A DNA stretch of 64,000 nucleotides from a bacterium (lineage in GTDB: Bacteria > Zixibacteria > MSB-5A5 > GN15 > FEB-12). Shown in pieces: positions 28,238-37,893 of the stretch. The notes beneath the pieces were generated by a model, which did not search any database, had not been told where the DNA came from, and saw only the letters and a list, made by a program, of their open reading frames with translations. A program made the translations under genes and the position numbers. The stretch is taken from the NCBI GenBank assembly GCA_043811375.1, contig JBDRNJ010000057.1, positions 12,452-76,451 on the forward strand. The letters are read 5' to 3'. Numbering within the stretch: the stretch's first letter is position 1; the number at the start of each line of letters is the position of its first letter.

Positions 28238-29965
28238 ATGAAGCGTAGGAATTCGGATGGCGAGAAGCTGTGCACCAACCAGATCAAGGCGTTACAGGCA
28301 GTCGAATCCACTTATGGAAAATGGCTTAGCAGTCTCGGACGAACTTACCGGAATAAGCTTGAGACAGCCCTGGCTACGGCGCAGGAACGGATCATGGATC
28401 GGGTGTTTCGATCAACGACCCGACCGGGCGAGAGAATCGACTATGTTCACTTCTCTTATCGCTCGCTTGTTCTGGGTCATCGCTGGTACGATACCCATTA
28501 TGCGGCCGCTCGGGATCCTGAGGAAGGCAGCCAAGTGAGTAAGGTCATCACAGTGTCGAACGGCGACAAAGTTGATAGAGCCTGTCTAAGTGAGTTCGCC
28601 CAAGAAGTGTACATGTATGAAGAGGCGTACGAAATCCTGCCACCGATCGACTGTGAATTCTGTGCTGTCATGCTATGCACCGACACGCCATCGAAAGAAG
28701 AGTCCAGAGGGCTAATGAACGTGGGTGTATATCCGCTCAGCCGCCTGGCCGTTGATTACGTAGTGAATCTCCTTATTAAATGCCAGCAGTGCCCATGGCG
28801 AATTCCAAGAGAGGCACTGATCGGCCACACGAAGGAATTCATGCGGCTCGAAAGAAACCTAGTCTCAGACTGGGAGCGGATCAGAAAGAACACCAGGCGC
28901 AGAAGGATTCTGCCTTCAGCCGATCATGTCTTCGAGTTCATTTTGAAGTCGTCGATTATTACTTTGAATCTCCTCTCCGATCGATTGTTCGAAGAAACGG
29001 TGAAATACCGCGTGACCAAGGACCAACGGTCGTGGGAGCCGGGTATGCGAGTAAGTAAGCTGACCACACGGTCAGAGCTTCGCACTCTGCGGAAAAAAGC
29101 GCTCCAGGGGTTACCTCGCGGCGACCACCCGAGCTTGCGACGCTGCCTCTACTTCCTGCCCGTCAGACTAACCGCTGATCAGCGAGTTGTGGGACTTCTG
29201 GCCTTGGGCAGTGCCGATGCCCTTTCTTACGAGATCGTTCCGTCTCTGGCCGTGGTGGAACGAGCGGCCTTTCTGATGTGTCGTGAATTCGAACTGACGT
29301 TGATCCAGAACCACCTCACAAGCGCCTTAGTGGAGTCGGAAGTCCAACGGTCCTTTGCCAAGCTCATGGCTCACGAACTATCCCATCCATTAATGCGCAT
29401 CGACAATCTCGTTACGAGCGTTGGCGATGCCATTTCGACCGGACAAAGGACCCTGGAAGCCTTTACTCAAGGGATGTTTACTGAGTTGCTGGCCAAACCG
29501 GTCGACCTGCGGGCGGTCCTGCGCGATATAGAACGGCGCCACCAACCGTTTACTGATGGTAAGGCGGCGATGTCGTTGGAGATCGACGTCTACCGGAAGA
29601 CACTGGTCAGAGTCAACCGGCAAGTGCTGGAATACACGCTAGGAATTCTGGTGGGTAATGCTCTCGAGTACGGCTCGTCTCCTGCAAATCTCAGAGCGGA
29701 AGTTGATGAGGGACACAAGCAGGTCACCGTTTCGGTGAAAAACCCGGGTCCCCCTTTACCCAAACCAATCAGGAAAAGCCTTACTGTCAACGGCGCCTCG
29801 GGATCTGCGCGAGGCAGGCAACGGCGTGGGCAGGGTTTTGGCCGTGGACTGAAGTTGGTTACAGAGATATGTCGTCTGAACAGATGGGAACTGACCTATG
29901 AAGAAAGTGCCTTAAGCGAAATGGAAGTGTTGCACCGTTTCGATCTGGTGCTGCCAGGTGCATAG
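28238..29965 (+). CDS. Soluble sensor histidine kinase (unknown N-terminus, GAF-like segment, HisKA, HATPase)
   Basis: H-box AHELSHPL, N-box ILVGNALEYG, G1-like NPGPP, G2 GQGFGRGL. GAF-like FLPVRL...VVGLLALG. No transmembrane segment is evident. Confidence 0.78.
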   Translation: MKRRNSDGEKLCTNQIKALQAVESTYGKWLSSLGRTYRNKLETALATAQERIMDRVFRSTTRPGERIDYVHFSYRSLVLGHRWYDTHYAAARDPEEGSQVSKVITVSNGDKVDRACLSEFAQEVYMYEEAYEILPPIDCEFCAVMLCTDTPSKEESRGLMNVGVYPLSRLAVDYVVNLLIKCQQCPWRIPREALIGHTKEFMRLERNLVSDWERIRKNTRRRRILPSADHVFEFILKSSIITLNLLSDRLFEETVKYRVTKDQRSWEPGMRVSKLTTRSELRTLRKKALQGLPRGDHPSLRRCLYFLPVRLTADQRVVGLLALGSADALSYEIVPSLAVVERAAFLMCREFELTLIQNHLTSALVESEVQRSFAKLMAHELSHPLMRIDNLVTSVGDAISTGQRTLEAFTQGMFTELLAKPVDLRAVLRDIERRHQPFTDGKAAMSLEIDVYRKTLVRVNRQVLEYTLGILVGNALEYGSSPANLRAEVDEGHKQVTVSVKNPGPPLPKPIRKSLTVNGASGSARGRQRRGQGFGRGLKLVTEICRLNRWELTYEESALSEMEVLHRFDLVLPGA

Positions 29966-29998
29966 AGCTGGGATTTTGTTGAGAAAGGGGCCATAGAA

Positions 29999-30409
29999 AT
30001 GACAAAGAACGATTCGCGGATGATAATCATCGTGGTGGACGATACGGAGGCGTCATTCTCAAGAGTTAAGAAACTCCTTAAAGACTGCATCCCACATCTA
30101 TATCTGAACCATATCAAATCTGCCCACGAGCTCGACGGACTACTTCGAACTTGCCAAAAACAAGGCGTAGTACCGCACGCATACATAGTTGACATAAGTT
30201 TGAGTGAGGACGCCGATGGTATCGACGTAATAAGGAAGATCCGGGCGCAGTATCCCCAAAGCTTGATAGTTGCTAACACGAAGTTCGCCGAATACCGTGA
30301 CGAAGCGATCAAGGCGGGGGCGGACAATTTTGTCGAGAAATTCACGCAAGACAACAGACTGGTGGAGATTCTAGTTGAAAACCTGTCAAGCGGTGAGGAT
30401 TCAGTATGA
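29999..30409 (+). CDS. Stand-alone response regulator receiver (CheY-like)
   Basis: IIVVDD, phosphoacceptor YIVD, DGIDVIRKI, ANT, FVEK. Confidence 0.85.
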   Translation: MTKNDSRMIIIVVDDTEASFSRVKKLLKDCIPHLYLNHIKSAHELDGLLRTCQKQGVVPHAYIVDISLSEDADGIDVIRKIRAQYPQSLIVANTKFAEYRDEAIKAGADNFVEKFTQDNRLVEILVENLSSGEDSV

Positions 30410-30825
30410 ACGAAAAACAAGCAAGGGGTTCAGGGTACAACATCGCTGTTATGGTTGAGGATACCGATGCCTCATACGACCTGGTTCGGAGGTTGCTGAG
30501 CGAAGTCGCCCCCCCGGTGTACGTCAATCGGGCAAAGAATGTGGAGGCACTTGACTTACTCCTTGAGAAGCTGAAGTCGCACGGGACAACACCTTCTGTG
30601 TTTATCGTAGACGTGTCCATTAATGAAGACACCGATGGCATCGTTCTGATTGATCGACTGCATACGAATTACCCGGAGGTGCCCATAATCGCCTATTCCA
30701 AGTTTCCGCAATACGAAAACGAGACGCTGGCGTCTGGTGCAGGATGGTTTGTGCATAAGTTCACAGAGAAAGCCCCAAGCAGGTTGGCAGAGATCGTCCA
30801 GAAGATTGTGCGGGAGGATAGTTGA
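30406..30825 (+). CDS. Stand-alone response regulator receiver, paralog of the upstream gene
   Basis: VMVED, FIVD, DGIVLI, IAYS, FVHK. ATGA overlap with the preceding gene. Confidence 0.85.
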   Translation: MNEKQARGSGYNIAVMVEDTDASYDLVRRLLSEVAPPVYVNRAKNVEALDLLLEKLKSHGTTPSVFIVDVSINEDTDGIVLIDRLHTNYPEVPIIAYSKFPQYENETLASGAGWFVHKFTEKAPSRLAEIVQKIVREDS

Positions 30826-31889
30826 GTATGGAAGGCAGCACGCAAAACCCAAGGAAGAGTAAAAAGAGGGAGCGAATCATTGAGTACTTGTGGTTCAAAG
30901 CGACCAAGAAAAGGACTCTGCTTGTTTATTGGCACCCGTCGCTGTGCTGGAGCCTTCTGCTGAACGCCCTAAAAATCCCAATCAGATGGTACCAGGAATA
31001 CTATTATGCACCTTTCAATCTTACTGGGACCTTTTACTTGCACACTGCTAGGAGAATCACCCAACTGATGTTCATAGTAATGTGCTACCTGACCTATCGG
31101 TATGGTTTGGGCGTTGGGTTTCTCTGGGTCGTCGGGCTGTTTTTTGTCCTTGTGCTAGTCGACTGTGTCGTGGCTCAGTGGACCGGGCTTCTGACGTTAT
31201 CCTATGTGACCGATTCAACGCTGTTGGCGATCATTGCGTCAAACTACAGGAATCTCAGGTCACTACGTAGCTTAAGGGATATAGTTGCTAACAACCTTCT
31301 TGGTGACCACCCCGCTATGAATACACCCGAGGGAATGGTGCAAGAAGATCAGGGTTTCAAGGAGGGTGTTGCCGAGATCTCTGAGGAGATTCTCATACGC
31401 CCGAATAAACAAAGAGTAGAAGTATTCAAGTTGGCCCTGCTTCCCCTGGGTCATGTGTTCAGTCTGCTGGTGTTCTGGGCGTTCATGGTGATTGCCATGC
31501 AAGCGGCGTGGGGCGGCTATGCCTTCAGGGGACTTCACCTGGCGAATGAGGATACCAGGTCGGTCAAGTCCTTTGGTCTCGATATGATCGACTGTGCCTA
31601 CTTTTCTGCCGTCACGGTATCTACCATAGGCTACGGCCTGATCTTACCGGATGCTGCACCCGACGAGAAGGTGCGGACGGATTGTACACAGCGGATGCCC
31701 CAGACCACGTGGGTGCGATTCATAACTCTCGGCGTAATGTTGGTTGTGATTATTACGATTATTGGCACCTTCAACCTGACCTTTCAATCGGTGCAAGCGG
31801 TAACGCAGGCTCTCGGGGATTCAGATCGTGTCCAGCGAGTAGTGAGGCTCTATGCGATAGATGAAATCAAGTACCCGTTGGTGAGATAA
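30822..31889 (+). CDS. Membrane protein with a potassium-channel (Ion_trans_2-like) pore loop
   Basis: Several transmembrane segments, plus pore helix and filter AYFSAVTVSTIGYGL. Confidence 0.78.
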   Translation: MSMEGSTQNPRKSKKRERIIEYLWFKATKKRTLLVYWHPSLCWSLLLNALKIPIRWYQEYYYAPFNLTGTFYLHTARRITQLMFIVMCYLTYRYGLGVGFLWVVGLFFVLVLVDCVVAQWTGLLTLSYVTDSTLLAIIASNYRNLRSLRSLRDIVANNLLGDHPAMNTPEGMVQEDQGFKEGVAEISEEILIRPNKQRVEVFKLALLPLGHVFSLLVFWAFMVIAMQAAWGGYAFRGLHLANEDTRSVKSFGLDMIDCAYFSAVTVSTIGYGLILPDAAPDEKVRTDCTQRMPQTTWVRFITLGVMLVVIITIIGTFNLTFQSVQAVTQALGDSDRVQRVVRLYAIDEIKYPLVR

Positions 31890-31897
31890 CCAACATC

Positions 31898-33097
31898 ATG
31901 GAGGATTTGAAAATGTATTGTCGAATCAAAGCTATGTGGGTCCTCGTGGGGCTGGTGGCCGTTGTGGTCATGCTGGCCGGCTGCTCCAAGGAGGCCGGCA
32001 GGCAACAGGAGTATAAGATTGCAGCCATTCTCCCGATCAGCGGTCCTAACGCCGCACAGGGAATAGGAATGATGAACTCGTGCAAGGCAGCCATTGACGA
32101 GTTGAAGCGTACCGGCAAGCTAAAGGACATACAGTTGAAACTGATGGAGCTTGACGACGAGTCTAAGCCGGAGGCAGCGGTGCGAGCCGCCGAACGTGCG
32201 GCTCAAGATCCGAAAGTTGTGGCCGTTACTGCCCATTGGAACAGTGGCTGCGCTTTGGCGACCAATCCGGTGTTTCACAGCCATGGTCTGGCCAATCTGG
32301 TACCTGCCGCGATCAATTCGAAGATCACCCTTGAGCAGGAGGGTGATGAGATATTTCGCATCGATCCCCATGACCTGATCATCGTGGAGTACGCAGCCCG
32401 ATTCGCCGTCACGAGAGAAGACTGGAAGCGGGTCTACGTCATCGATGACAACACTTTTTATGGCAAAGAGCTGGCGCGCAAGTTCCGCGGATTCTATGAA
32501 CAGGATGGCCGAACTGTGATTGGCCAGGACGCCGTCAACGTAGGGGAGCAGGACTTCACCGCACTGCTGACGCGGATCGACGGATCCTCGCCCGACGTAA
32601 TCTTCTTCGGGGGCGTGGTGGCCGAGGCAGCCCTGATTCGTCGACAAATGAAGACAGTGGGTATGGAAGCTGATTTCATCAGCCTCACCGGGATATTCAC
32701 GGAGTCGTTCATAAAGGCCGCCGGTCCCGCCGCGGAGGGTGCATTCTCGGTTACGGTGGTGCCACCGATCGATCTGCTCCCGGGATCGGATGAGTTTCTT
32801 GCCGCCTATGAGCGCGGCAAATACAGTCATCCCCATGAGGCGTGGGGTGTCTATGCATACGCATCTATTCAAGTCTTGGCGGAGGCCATTAGTCGATCGC
32901 TGCCAAACCCGGACCGCCGTACCGTTATCGATCAGCTAAAGACAGGCGAGTTTGAGACTGTGCTGGGCGATATGCGCTTTGATAGCGACGGGCAAACGAC
33001 TCTCGTCACTCTGTTCATATACGAAGTCACAGATGGTCAATGGGTACCCAGATACTATGTTGCGGGATCTGGTGAGTTGGCTCCATTTGAGAGTTAG
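31898..33097 (+). CDS. Liv-type ABC transporter substrate-binding lipoprotein
   Basis: Lipobox LAGC, ILPISGPNA, LDDESKP, DDNTFYG, GEQDFTALL. Confidence 0.92.
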   Translation: MEDLKMYCRIKAMWVLVGLVAVVVMLAGCSKEAGRQQEYKIAAILPISGPNAAQGIGMMNSCKAAIDELKRTGKLKDIQLKLMELDDESKPEAAVRAAERAAQDPKVVAVTAHWNSGCALATNPVFHSHGLANLVPAAINSKITLEQEGDEIFRIDPHDLIIVEYAARFAVTREDWKRVYVIDDNTFYGKELARKFRGFYEQDGRTVIGQDAVNVGEQDFTALLTRIDGSSPDVIFFGGVVAEAALIRRQMKTVGMEADFISLTGIFTESFIKAAGPAAEGAFSVTVVPPIDLLPGSDEFLAAYERGKYSHPHEAWGVYAYASIQVLAEAISRSLPNPDRRTVIDQLKTGEFETVLGDMRFDSDGQTTLVTLFIYEVTDGQWVPRYYVAGSGELAPFES

Positions 33098-34009
33098 ATG
33101 GAACTTCAACAACTGTTAAACTTTCTCACTCTGGGATGCGTCTATACCACCGTGGCCCTGGGTTTTACTCTGTACTTCGGAACCGTAAACCTGATAAACT
33201 TCGCTCACGGTGAGTTGTGTATGCTGGCCGCCTTCGGAGCCCTGATGGCCACTCGGCTTTTCGATCTGCATCTCGGCCAAATCGGCTGGGGCTGGATTCT
33301 GGTGACTACCGCCGCAGGTATGCTGTTGACCATTGGTGTCGGCTGGCTGTCGTATTGGTCCATCTTCCGGAGAATCAGGGGGCGTCCGCTGATCGAAGGG
33401 CTCCTTGTATCCATCGCGCTTTCAATGCTGCTCCGTGAACTGATACTGCACCTGTATCCGAACGGGGGAAATCCGCAGCCGTTTCCGGACCCCTTTCACC
33501 TGGAGTATCTACAGATCGGTGATATTACGATCTCCTACATGCGGTTGACCGCGCTTCTCATTTGTGGTGGTTTGACGGTGCTATTCTACTTCTTGGTCCT
33601 GCGAACGGATGTGGGCCGCGTCATGAGGGCCATTTCCCAGGACCCCGAAGCGGCCGTGATGATGGGTCTACCCGTCGAACGAATCATCGGCTGGTCATTC
33701 GTGATTGGGTCCGCTCTAGCCGGCATTGCCGGCATCATGACAGGAGCTCTTTACGGCAGCGTGAAATTCGATATGGGAATAATGCTGGGCGTAAAAGGTT
33801 TTGTGGCCGCCGTCGTCGGAGGGCTCGACAACCCTAGGGGGGCGCTTATGGGGGGACTGATGGTTGCCGGCCTTGAGGTCTTTGTGGTGGGATCGTTTGC
33901 CGGTGGTTCGGCATATCGTGATATAGTGGTCTTCGCCGTCTTGATCGGATTGATCCTGATTCGCCCCCAGGGGCTTCTGGGAAGGAAAGTGGCCCTTGGC
34001 AGCAGCTAG
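33098..34009 (+). CDS. livH: Liv-type ABC transporter permease (LivH-like)
   Basis: INFAHGE, GRVMRAISQD, KGFVAAVVGG, RPQGLLG. Confidence 0.9.
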   Translation: MELQQLLNFLTLGCVYTTVALGFTLYFGTVNLINFAHGELCMLAAFGALMATRLFDLHLGQIGWGWILVTTAAGMLLTIGVGWLSYWSIFRRIRGRPLIEGLLVSIALSMLLRELILHLYPNGGNPQPFPDPFHLEYLQIGDITISYMRLTALLICGGLTVLFYFLVLRTDVGRVMRAISQDPEAAVMMGLPVERIIGWSFVIGSALAGIAGIMTGALYGSVKFDMGIMLGVKGFVAAVVGGLDNPRGALMGGLMVAGLEVFVVGSFAGGSAYRDIVVFAVLIGLILIRPQGLLGRKVALGSS

Positions 34010-35144
34010 GACTATTGCGGTCAACGTGATCGGCGCGGCCGTCCTGGTGGGTGCGCTGGCCGTTATAATGGCCACCAAGGATACGTACGTTGGGTACGGC
34101 CTGATTGCCGTCGCTGTATTCCTGCTGGCTTCTTACCGACTTCGCCTCAAGACCGCAAGTGGTCAGAAGTCGATCTTACGGGTTAATCCCCGTTCTTCGG
34201 GGTTCGTCATTGCATTGGTGGCATCGCTGGCATTACTGCCGTTGCTGCAGGTTGATCAAACCTATTCCCTCTACATTGAAACCAGGATGTTGGTCTTGGC
34301 GGTCAGCCTGCTCGCCTTTTCGGCCACCCTCGGCATGACGGGAATGGTGGATATCGGAATCGGTGCCTACTTGGGTACCGGGGCATACATATCTGCCCGC
34401 TTGAGCATGAGCCTTGGCCTGCCCGTACCGGTTGCGGTCACCGTCGCCATACTAGCTTCTCTTCTGCTTGGTCTTCTACTGGGGCTGATAGTGGTGCGAT
34501 CCCGCGGACACTATTTCGCCCTGGTCACTCTTGGGCTGGGACTAGTCTTCTATCATGTATTCGTTCAGGCTGAGGCGGTTACCCTGGGCGTGGATGGAAT
34601 AGCGAATGTCCCCCGCTTCTCATCATCAATCTTCCAAGCGATCGACGCTGCGGACTCAACCCAGCTGATCCGGCGCGATTACGCCCTCGACTTCTACACT
34701 GCCCTGGTCATCTTTGCATTGGTTCTCGTGTTTATCCTTCGGCTTGATGCCAGTCAGTTGGGACGAGATTTGAGAGCGACCAAAGATGATGAAACAGCAG
34801 CCACGAGCGTTGGATTGGATGTTTTGCGCCTTCGCGTTTTGGCCTACGCCGTCAGTGCGGGGATTGCCGGCCTAGCTGGGGCTATGCATGCCCATACCGT
34901 GGGTTACATTGCACCCGGCGATTTTGGCTTCAAACAGTCGGTCTTTCTGATCGCGATTGCAGTCCTCGGTGGTTCGGGCAGTCCGATGGCATCGGTTGGT
35001 GCCGCCTTTGGAATACTGATACTCGAGGAGAAGCTGAGGGGATTCGGCGATTTGCGTATTATTCTGATCGCCTGTTCCATCCTGGCTATCATTCTATACC
35101 GAGCGAGGATTCGCTCCGCAGGTCGATATGAAACCCAAAGCTGA
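33996..35144 (+). CDS. livM: Liv-type ABC transporter permease (LivM-like)
   Basis: RSRGHYFALVTLG, GRDLRATKDDE, AGLAGAM, VLGGSGS. Confidence 0.88.
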   Translation: MAAARTIAVNVIGAAVLVGALAVIMATKDTYVGYGLIAVAVFLLASYRLRLKTASGQKSILRVNPRSSGFVIALVASLALLPLLQVDQTYSLYIETRMLVLAVSLLAFSATLGMTGMVDIGIGAYLGTGAYISARLSMSLGLPVPVAVTVAILASLLLGLLLGLIVVRSRGHYFALVTLGLGLVFYHVFVQAEAVTLGVDGIANVPRFSSSIFQAIDAADSTQLIRRDYALDFYTALVIFALVLVFILRLDASQLGRDLRATKDDETAATSVGLDVLRLRVLAYAVSAGIAGLAGAMHAHTVGYIAPGDFGFKQSVFLIAIAVLGGSGSPMASVGAAFGILILEEKLRGFGDLRIILIACSILAIILYRARIRSAGRYETQS

Positions 35145-35934
35145 CCAGCCTATGTTGTTGCGGGTATCGGGACTGGGAAAGTCCTTTGGCGGACTGATGG
35201 CTCTGAGGGACTTTCATCTGTCTGTTCCCCAGGGTGAGATCTGCGGTATCATGGGTCCCAACGGTTCGGGGAAAACGGTTTTTTTCGATCTTGTTTCCGG
35301 ATTCATCACCCCCGATACGGGACGGATTTTCTTCGGCGAGGCGAACCGGGACATCACGAGATTGCCGTCCCACGCCCGAACCACCCAGGGGATCGCCAGG
35401 ACCTTTCAACACCAACGGTTGTTCAGCAGTCTGACTACCGAAGAGAACGTAATAGCCGGTCTCGGATCTCGATCGGCCTGGGAAAACCTGAAGGAGATAC
35501 TGCTGCCTCCAAACGCCAGGGCGTTGAGAGCAGTTCGAAGATCGAAGGCGGAAAGGATCATGCGCCGTTTTCCGGACCGCCTGATGCCACGTCGTCACGA
35601 GTCCTGCCTTGCCCTGTCATATGCCAATCGCCGGCGCTTGGAGATTGCGCGAGCCTTAGTCGGGCATCCGAGGCTGGTGCTTCTGGACGAGCCTACGGCG
35701 GGGATGAACCCTCGAGATACTTACGAACTGCAAACCCTGATTCACCACATGAAATCCGAAGGTGTTACCTTTGTGATTATCGAACACAAGCTGTTCTTCT
35801 TTGAGGACCTCGCCGATCGCATAGTCGTGCTGGATCAGGGCACCAAGATCGCTGAGGGACGAATACAGGACATCCGTCGTAACGCTGACGTTAGCGCAGC
35901 CTACCTGGGAGTGACCAATGCTTCTGACAGTTGA
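35128..35934 (+). CDS. livG: Liv-type ABC transporter ATP-binding protein (LivG-like)
   Basis: GPNGSGKT, ARTFQ, LDEPTAG, IEH. Confidence 0.9.
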   Translation: MKPKADQPMLLRVSGLGKSFGGLMALRDFHLSVPQGEICGIMGPNGSGKTVFFDLVSGFITPDTGRIFFGEANRDITRLPSHARTTQGIARTFQHQRLFSSLTTEENVIAGLGSRSAWENLKEILLPPNARALRAVRRSKAERIMRRFPDRLMPRRHESCLALSYANRRRLEIARALVGHPRLVLLDEPTAGMNPRDTYELQTLIHHMKSEGVTFVIIEHKLFFFEDLADRIVVLDQGTKIAEGRIQDIRRNADVSAAYLGVTNASDS

Positions 35935-36637
35935 GGGACTATCGGTCAGTGTTGGTGGCTTTCCGGTCCTCAAGGAGGTCGACCTGGAAGTGGCCCAGGG
36001 CGAAATAGTAGCCCTGTTGGGGGCCAACGCATCAGGTAAGACCACGACCTTGAAGTCAATCTTGGGGATGTACAATCCGACGGCGGGGCGCATCCTATTC
36101 AACGGTGCCGTCATCACGCACCTTAGTACGAAGGAACGAGTTGGATTGGGAATAGCCATCGTGCCTGAAAACAGGCGTCTGTTTCCGGCATTGACCGTAC
36201 AGGAGAACCTCAGCCTGACTCGCCGGTACCTGCCGGACTCCCGGCGTGACGAGGTTGAGTCGTTCTGCCGCGATCGGTTTCCGTTATTTCAGACCGAACG
36301 GAGAATGAGTCAATTGGCCGGAACGCTCAGCGGTGGCGAACAGCAACAGGTAGCCATGGCCCGAGCGCTCATGCTCAATCCGCGCCTGTTGCTGTTGGAT
36401 GAACCGTCGATGGGGATGTCCGTGAAATTGGTGCATGAAAACTTCGCGATTCTTCAAGATGTGGCCGCCATGGGGATCGGCGTGCTGTTGGTCGAACAGA
36501 ATGTGAGCATGTCTTTGAACATTTCAACGCGGGCTTACGTTCTCAGAGATGGTGCCGTGATACTTAGAGGCGCCTCTGGTAATCTGTTGAGTGATAGAAT
36601 GATACAACGGTCATTCATGGGTGATTTCGTTTCGTGA
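35918..36637 (+). CDS. livF: Liv-type ABC transporter ATP-binding protein (LivF-like)
   Basis: GANASGKTT, LSGGEQQ, LDEPSMG, VEQN. Confidence 0.9.
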   Translation: MLLTVEGLSVSVGGFPVLKEVDLEVAQGEIVALLGANASGKTTTLKSILGMYNPTAGRILFNGAVITHLSTKERVGLGIAIVPENRRLFPALTVQENLSLTRRYLPDSRRDEVESFCRDRFPLFQTERRMSQLAGTLSGGEQQQVAMARALMLNPRLLLLDEPSMGMSVKLVHENFAILQDVAAMGIGVLLVEQNVSMSLNISTRAYVLRDGAVILRGASGNLLSDRMIQRSFMGDFVS

Positions 36638-36697
36638 AGTGGTATATTCAAGTTTTCCCCGGCCTTGACCGAAACAACATACAGAGGTGTATCAGTT

Positions 36698-37513
36698 ATG
36701 AGAGTTGATGCGAGTAGACAGTATGACCAGGAGACAGCCGTGATGAAACCCATTCGCAGGGAAGAGCATCGACTACCATTGTTCTCGTGCCGAGGCTTGG
36801 CCACATACCGGGTTCATGATTTGGACATACGTCTTCAAATGACTCCTGATAATGTGTTCCCACCGAGTGAGACGAGCCTTGTTCTTGCAGAGATCGTGGC
36901 ACAAACGCCGGTCGAATCGGCGTTGGACATCGGTACCGGATGCGGCGTCCTGGCGATTTCTCTGGCGTTGACAGGATGCCGCCAAGTGACGGCGATTGAC
37001 TGCAACAGTACGGCCATAGCGTGCGCCAGAGAAAACGCCCGTTTAAACGGCTTGGAGAACCGGATTGAGTTCCTTGCCGAGGACGCTTATGCCTATCAGC
37101 CCGAATCTAGGTTTGATCTGGTTGTCACAAACCCTCCGTTTTTGCCGATTATTCCGGGTCGTCGGTTTAGGTCAGACAAGATCATGCAGGCCATAGATGG
37201 AGGGGCTGTGGGTGCCGACCATATCGTCGGATTTGCCCGGCGTGCAAAAGATCTTCTCGCACCCACCGGCAAATTCGTTGTAGCCGTTCCTCACTTCGTG
37301 TCGTTGGACCTGGTCTTAAGCAAATTGAAGGAACTGTACAGCCTTCGACTCCTAAGGCAGGAGCCGATCCGATTCTGGCTGGCCGAGTATGACCCTGACT
37401 ATCGAAATCACATAATCGCTTTGGTAGCCAAGGGAGTGTCCGAAGCCTCGGAGTCACGTGAAGGTCTTGTGATGAGTAAGCTCTCCGTATTCGAGTGTTC
37501 ACCTTATTCGTAG
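36698..37513 (+). CDS. Class I SAM-dependent methyltransferase, HemK/PrmC-like (NPPF)
   Basis: VFPPSETS, LDIGTGCG, VTNPPF, IDGG. ATG at 36698 follows GAGG (ORF track starts at a TTG at 36665). Confidence 0.85.
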   Translation: MRVDASRQYDQETAVMKPIRREEHRLPLFSCRGLATYRVHDLDIRLQMTPDNVFPPSETSLVLAEIVAQTPVESALDIGTGCGVLAISLALTGCRQVTAIDCNSTAIACARENARLNGLENRIEFLAEDAYAYQPESRFDLVVTNPPFLPIIPGRRFRSDKIMQAIDGGAVGADHIVGFARRAKDLLAPTGKFVVAVPHFVSLDLVLSKLKELYSLRLLRQEPIRFWLAEYDPDYRNHIIALVAKGVSEASESREGLVMSKLSVFECSPYS

Positions 37514-37893
37514 ACAGTCATGACACTAGGGACGAACATACCGTGTAACGGTGTGCGTCACAGAATCGTCACAGGTTTCTTTGAGACCCTTTCAACCCCT
37601 TGACGGAGTGAATATTGTCGGATGCATGCTTGTGCCGTGAATTCGAGTCACGTTTTTCATCGACTGCGGTACACTTCGTCAAGAGATTGACGGTAGGTTC
37701 GTACGTTGGGAAACCCCGCTCAGGACTGGCGATTTCGGGTCCGATCGATTAATGCGAACAAGAGGTGATGCGTATTTTGATCGACTTCGAGACTCGTGGT
37801 GGGAGTTCGCGTCCGCTGTCATAGATCGCTGTGACAGATTTGTGACACTCCGGGGTTGATAAGACTCGAACCCCCGCGAACCACAGACTTCAC

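Noticed and set aside
37851..37885. GGTTCGAGTC (minus strand) as a tRNA-derived att duplicate
   Set aside because: It resembles a T-loop but does not match the tRNA-Asn 3' end and has no T-stem.
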